Assembly: GCA_964457755.1 (NCBI GenBank)
Contig: CAYWGC010000011.1
Coordinates: 8,320-72,319 of the forward strand
Length of the DNA: 64,000 nt
Direction of reading: 5' to 3'
Source: an uncultured Thermodesulfobacteriota bacterium
GTDB lineage: Bacteria > Desulfobacterota > Anaeroferrophillalia > Anaeroferrophillales > Tharpellaceae
Made by a program: the position numbers and the translations under genes. Positions 62,659-64,000 of the stretch are shown here, piece by piece. The notes below the pieces were generated by a model, which had not been told where the DNA came from, searched no databases, and was given only the letters and a program-made list of their open reading frames with translations. Position 1 is the first letter of the stretch, and every line of letters starts with the position of its first letter.

Positions 62659-63195
62659 TTAAGCTTCCGGCTCCTGAACTTGTTCTTTCTGTTCTTTTAT
62701 CGCGTTTAAAACCTGGACTGCAGAACGGACTACACCGCTCAAGACATTTACAAAACCACCAGGGACAGCATTCATTGTCCCGAGCAGGGTTGCTTGCATA
62801 ACCTCTTTGCTGGGCAATTTTGCCAACCGGCCAAGAGCTTCGCTATCAAGATATGCACCACCAAGAACTCCACCCATAACTTCAAGGGCATCTTCAGTCT
62901 TGGCGAAATCGACCAGCGCTTTAGCTGCGGCCGCAGGATCTCCATAGACCAAAGCCAAGGCACTAGGTCCTATTAGATGGTCAACGAGAGCCTCATTACC
63001 AGTTGCTTTCGCTGCAATACGAGCCAGAGTATTCTTAACAACTTTGAACTCAGTATTATTTTCTCGTAAACGATTTCTTAAAGCGGTAATCTTTTCGACA
63101 TCCAATCCGCGATAATCGGTCAGAAAAGCAGCTTCTGCGTCATTGAATTTCGCTGTCAATCCATCGATCTGGATCTGCTTCTCTGCTCTATTCAC
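62659..63195 (-). CDS. rplJ: 50S ribosomal protein L10
   Basis: DYRGL, KVVKNTL, GPSAL, LAKLPSKE. Confidence 0.98.
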   Translation of the reverse strand: MNRAEKQIQIDGLTAKFNDAEAAFLTDYRGLDVEKITALRNRLRENNTEFKVVKNTLARIAAKATGNEALVDHLIGPSALALVYGDPAAAAKALVDFAKTEDALEVMGGVLGGAYLDSEALGRLAKLPSKEVMQATLLGTMNAVPGGFVNVLSGVVRSAVQVLNAIKEQKEQVQEPEA

Positions 63196-63249
63196 CTTCG
63201 GTCACCTCCTTGTTATAATGTTGATCAAAAGGCAAATGAGCTCAATCTG

Positions 63250-63310
63250 ATAGCCTCGGTGGGATGTTACGTCTAAAACTTAATTTAAACGACCCACGGT
63301 CTACAGCTCA
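63250..63310 (-). promoter_or_regulatory. Ribosomal protein L10 leader (autoregulatory RNA)
   Basis: Minus strand AGACCGTGGGT..TTAA..CCCACCGAGG upstream of rplJ resembles the L10-leader pattern (AGAC.GTAGG...CCTAC.GAGG). Confidence 0.7.
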
Positions 63311-63452
63311 TATATCCTAATGAATGACAGCTTCGTAAAAAACAGAAAATAGATAATTGCAATAATTATAAACTAAAATCAGTCAATTAACAGTTAACTA
63401 TTTTTCTAATCTGTCAAAATTATATAAAACTACTAAGTACATCTTTCAGCAA

Positions 63453-64000
63453 TTAAATGCTATTAAGATCAACTCTAATCCCAGGCCCCATTGTTGAGGA
63501 GATCGAAAATCCTCGCATATAGTTACCTTTACTCGAAGCTGGTTTCAACCGGTTCAAAGTTTCAATCAGACTAGTGATATTCTCAAGCAGATTTTCAGCC
63601 GAAAAAGAGATTCGGCCTACTGGAGCATGTACGATCCCTGCCTTCTCAACCCTGAAATCGACCTTTCCCGCTTTAATATCTTTAACCGCACGGGCGAGAT
63701 CGAAGGTTACAGTTCCGACTTTAGGATTAGGCATCAAACCTCGGGGACCAAGAACGCGCCCGAGTTTGCCGACGACACCCATCATGTCGGGGGTGGCTAC
63801 CGCCTTGTCAAAATCGAGCCAACCATCCGTAATTTTCTTGGCAAGATCATCCCCACCAACAAAATCAGCTCCTGCATCACGCGCTTCAATCTCTTTTTCA
63901 CCCTTGGCGAAAACGACTACACGAGCACTTTTACCGGTACCATGAGGTAGAACAACCGCGCCACGAACCATCTGATCAGCATGTCGAGGATCAACTCCAA
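63453..64000 (-). CDS. rplA: 50S ribosomal protein L1, C-terminal part (runs off the right edge)
   Basis: [36 protein letters not shown]. Confidence 0.99.
   Translation of the reverse strand, partial: GVDPRHADQMVRGAVVLPHGTGKSARVVVFAKGEKEIEARDAGADFVGGDDLAKKITDGWLDFDKAVATPDMMGVVGKLGRVLGPRGLMPNPKVGTVTFDLARAVKDIKAGKVDFRVEKAGIVHAPVGRISFSAENLLENITSLIETLNRLKPASSKGNYMRGFSISSTMGPGIRVDLNSI

Overview
A 64-kb bacterial chromosomal window. Gene content and protein families point to a deltaproteobacterial (Desulfobacterota-like) anaerobe; this is inferred, not determined. Most of it is housekeeping: valS (partial), purH-purD-purE-tsaC-thiI-like-mutS, rrf2-coaX-birA-nadC, mobBA, a DEAD-box helicase, tyrS, rpsT, hisG/hisI/thiC/thiE, rpoC-rpoB-rplL-rplJ-rplA (partial). 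Accessory features stand out in four groups. (1) Three secreted proteins with unrelated N-terminal cargos (V8-type protease; PKD/Ig+FecR; 14-blade LVIVD propeller) all end in 2-4 copies of the same ~105-aa module, which suggests a surface-display or sorting system. (2) A C4-dicarboxylate locus (DctB-type sensor on a NarX-type kinase, NarL-type regulator, TRAP dctPQM) ends in a tandem-duplicated malic enzyme whose two halves have complementary catalytic defects. (3) At least three families of intergenic repeats are present: palindromes with internally periodic arms, REP-like elements and a 154-bp MITE-like element, with one 18-mer shared between families. (4) A RomR/PopZ-like acidic scaffold lies upstream of valS, and two sigma54 activators have degenerate receiver domains and no adjacent kinase. 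No CRISPR, rRNA, tRNA or transposase gene was seen.
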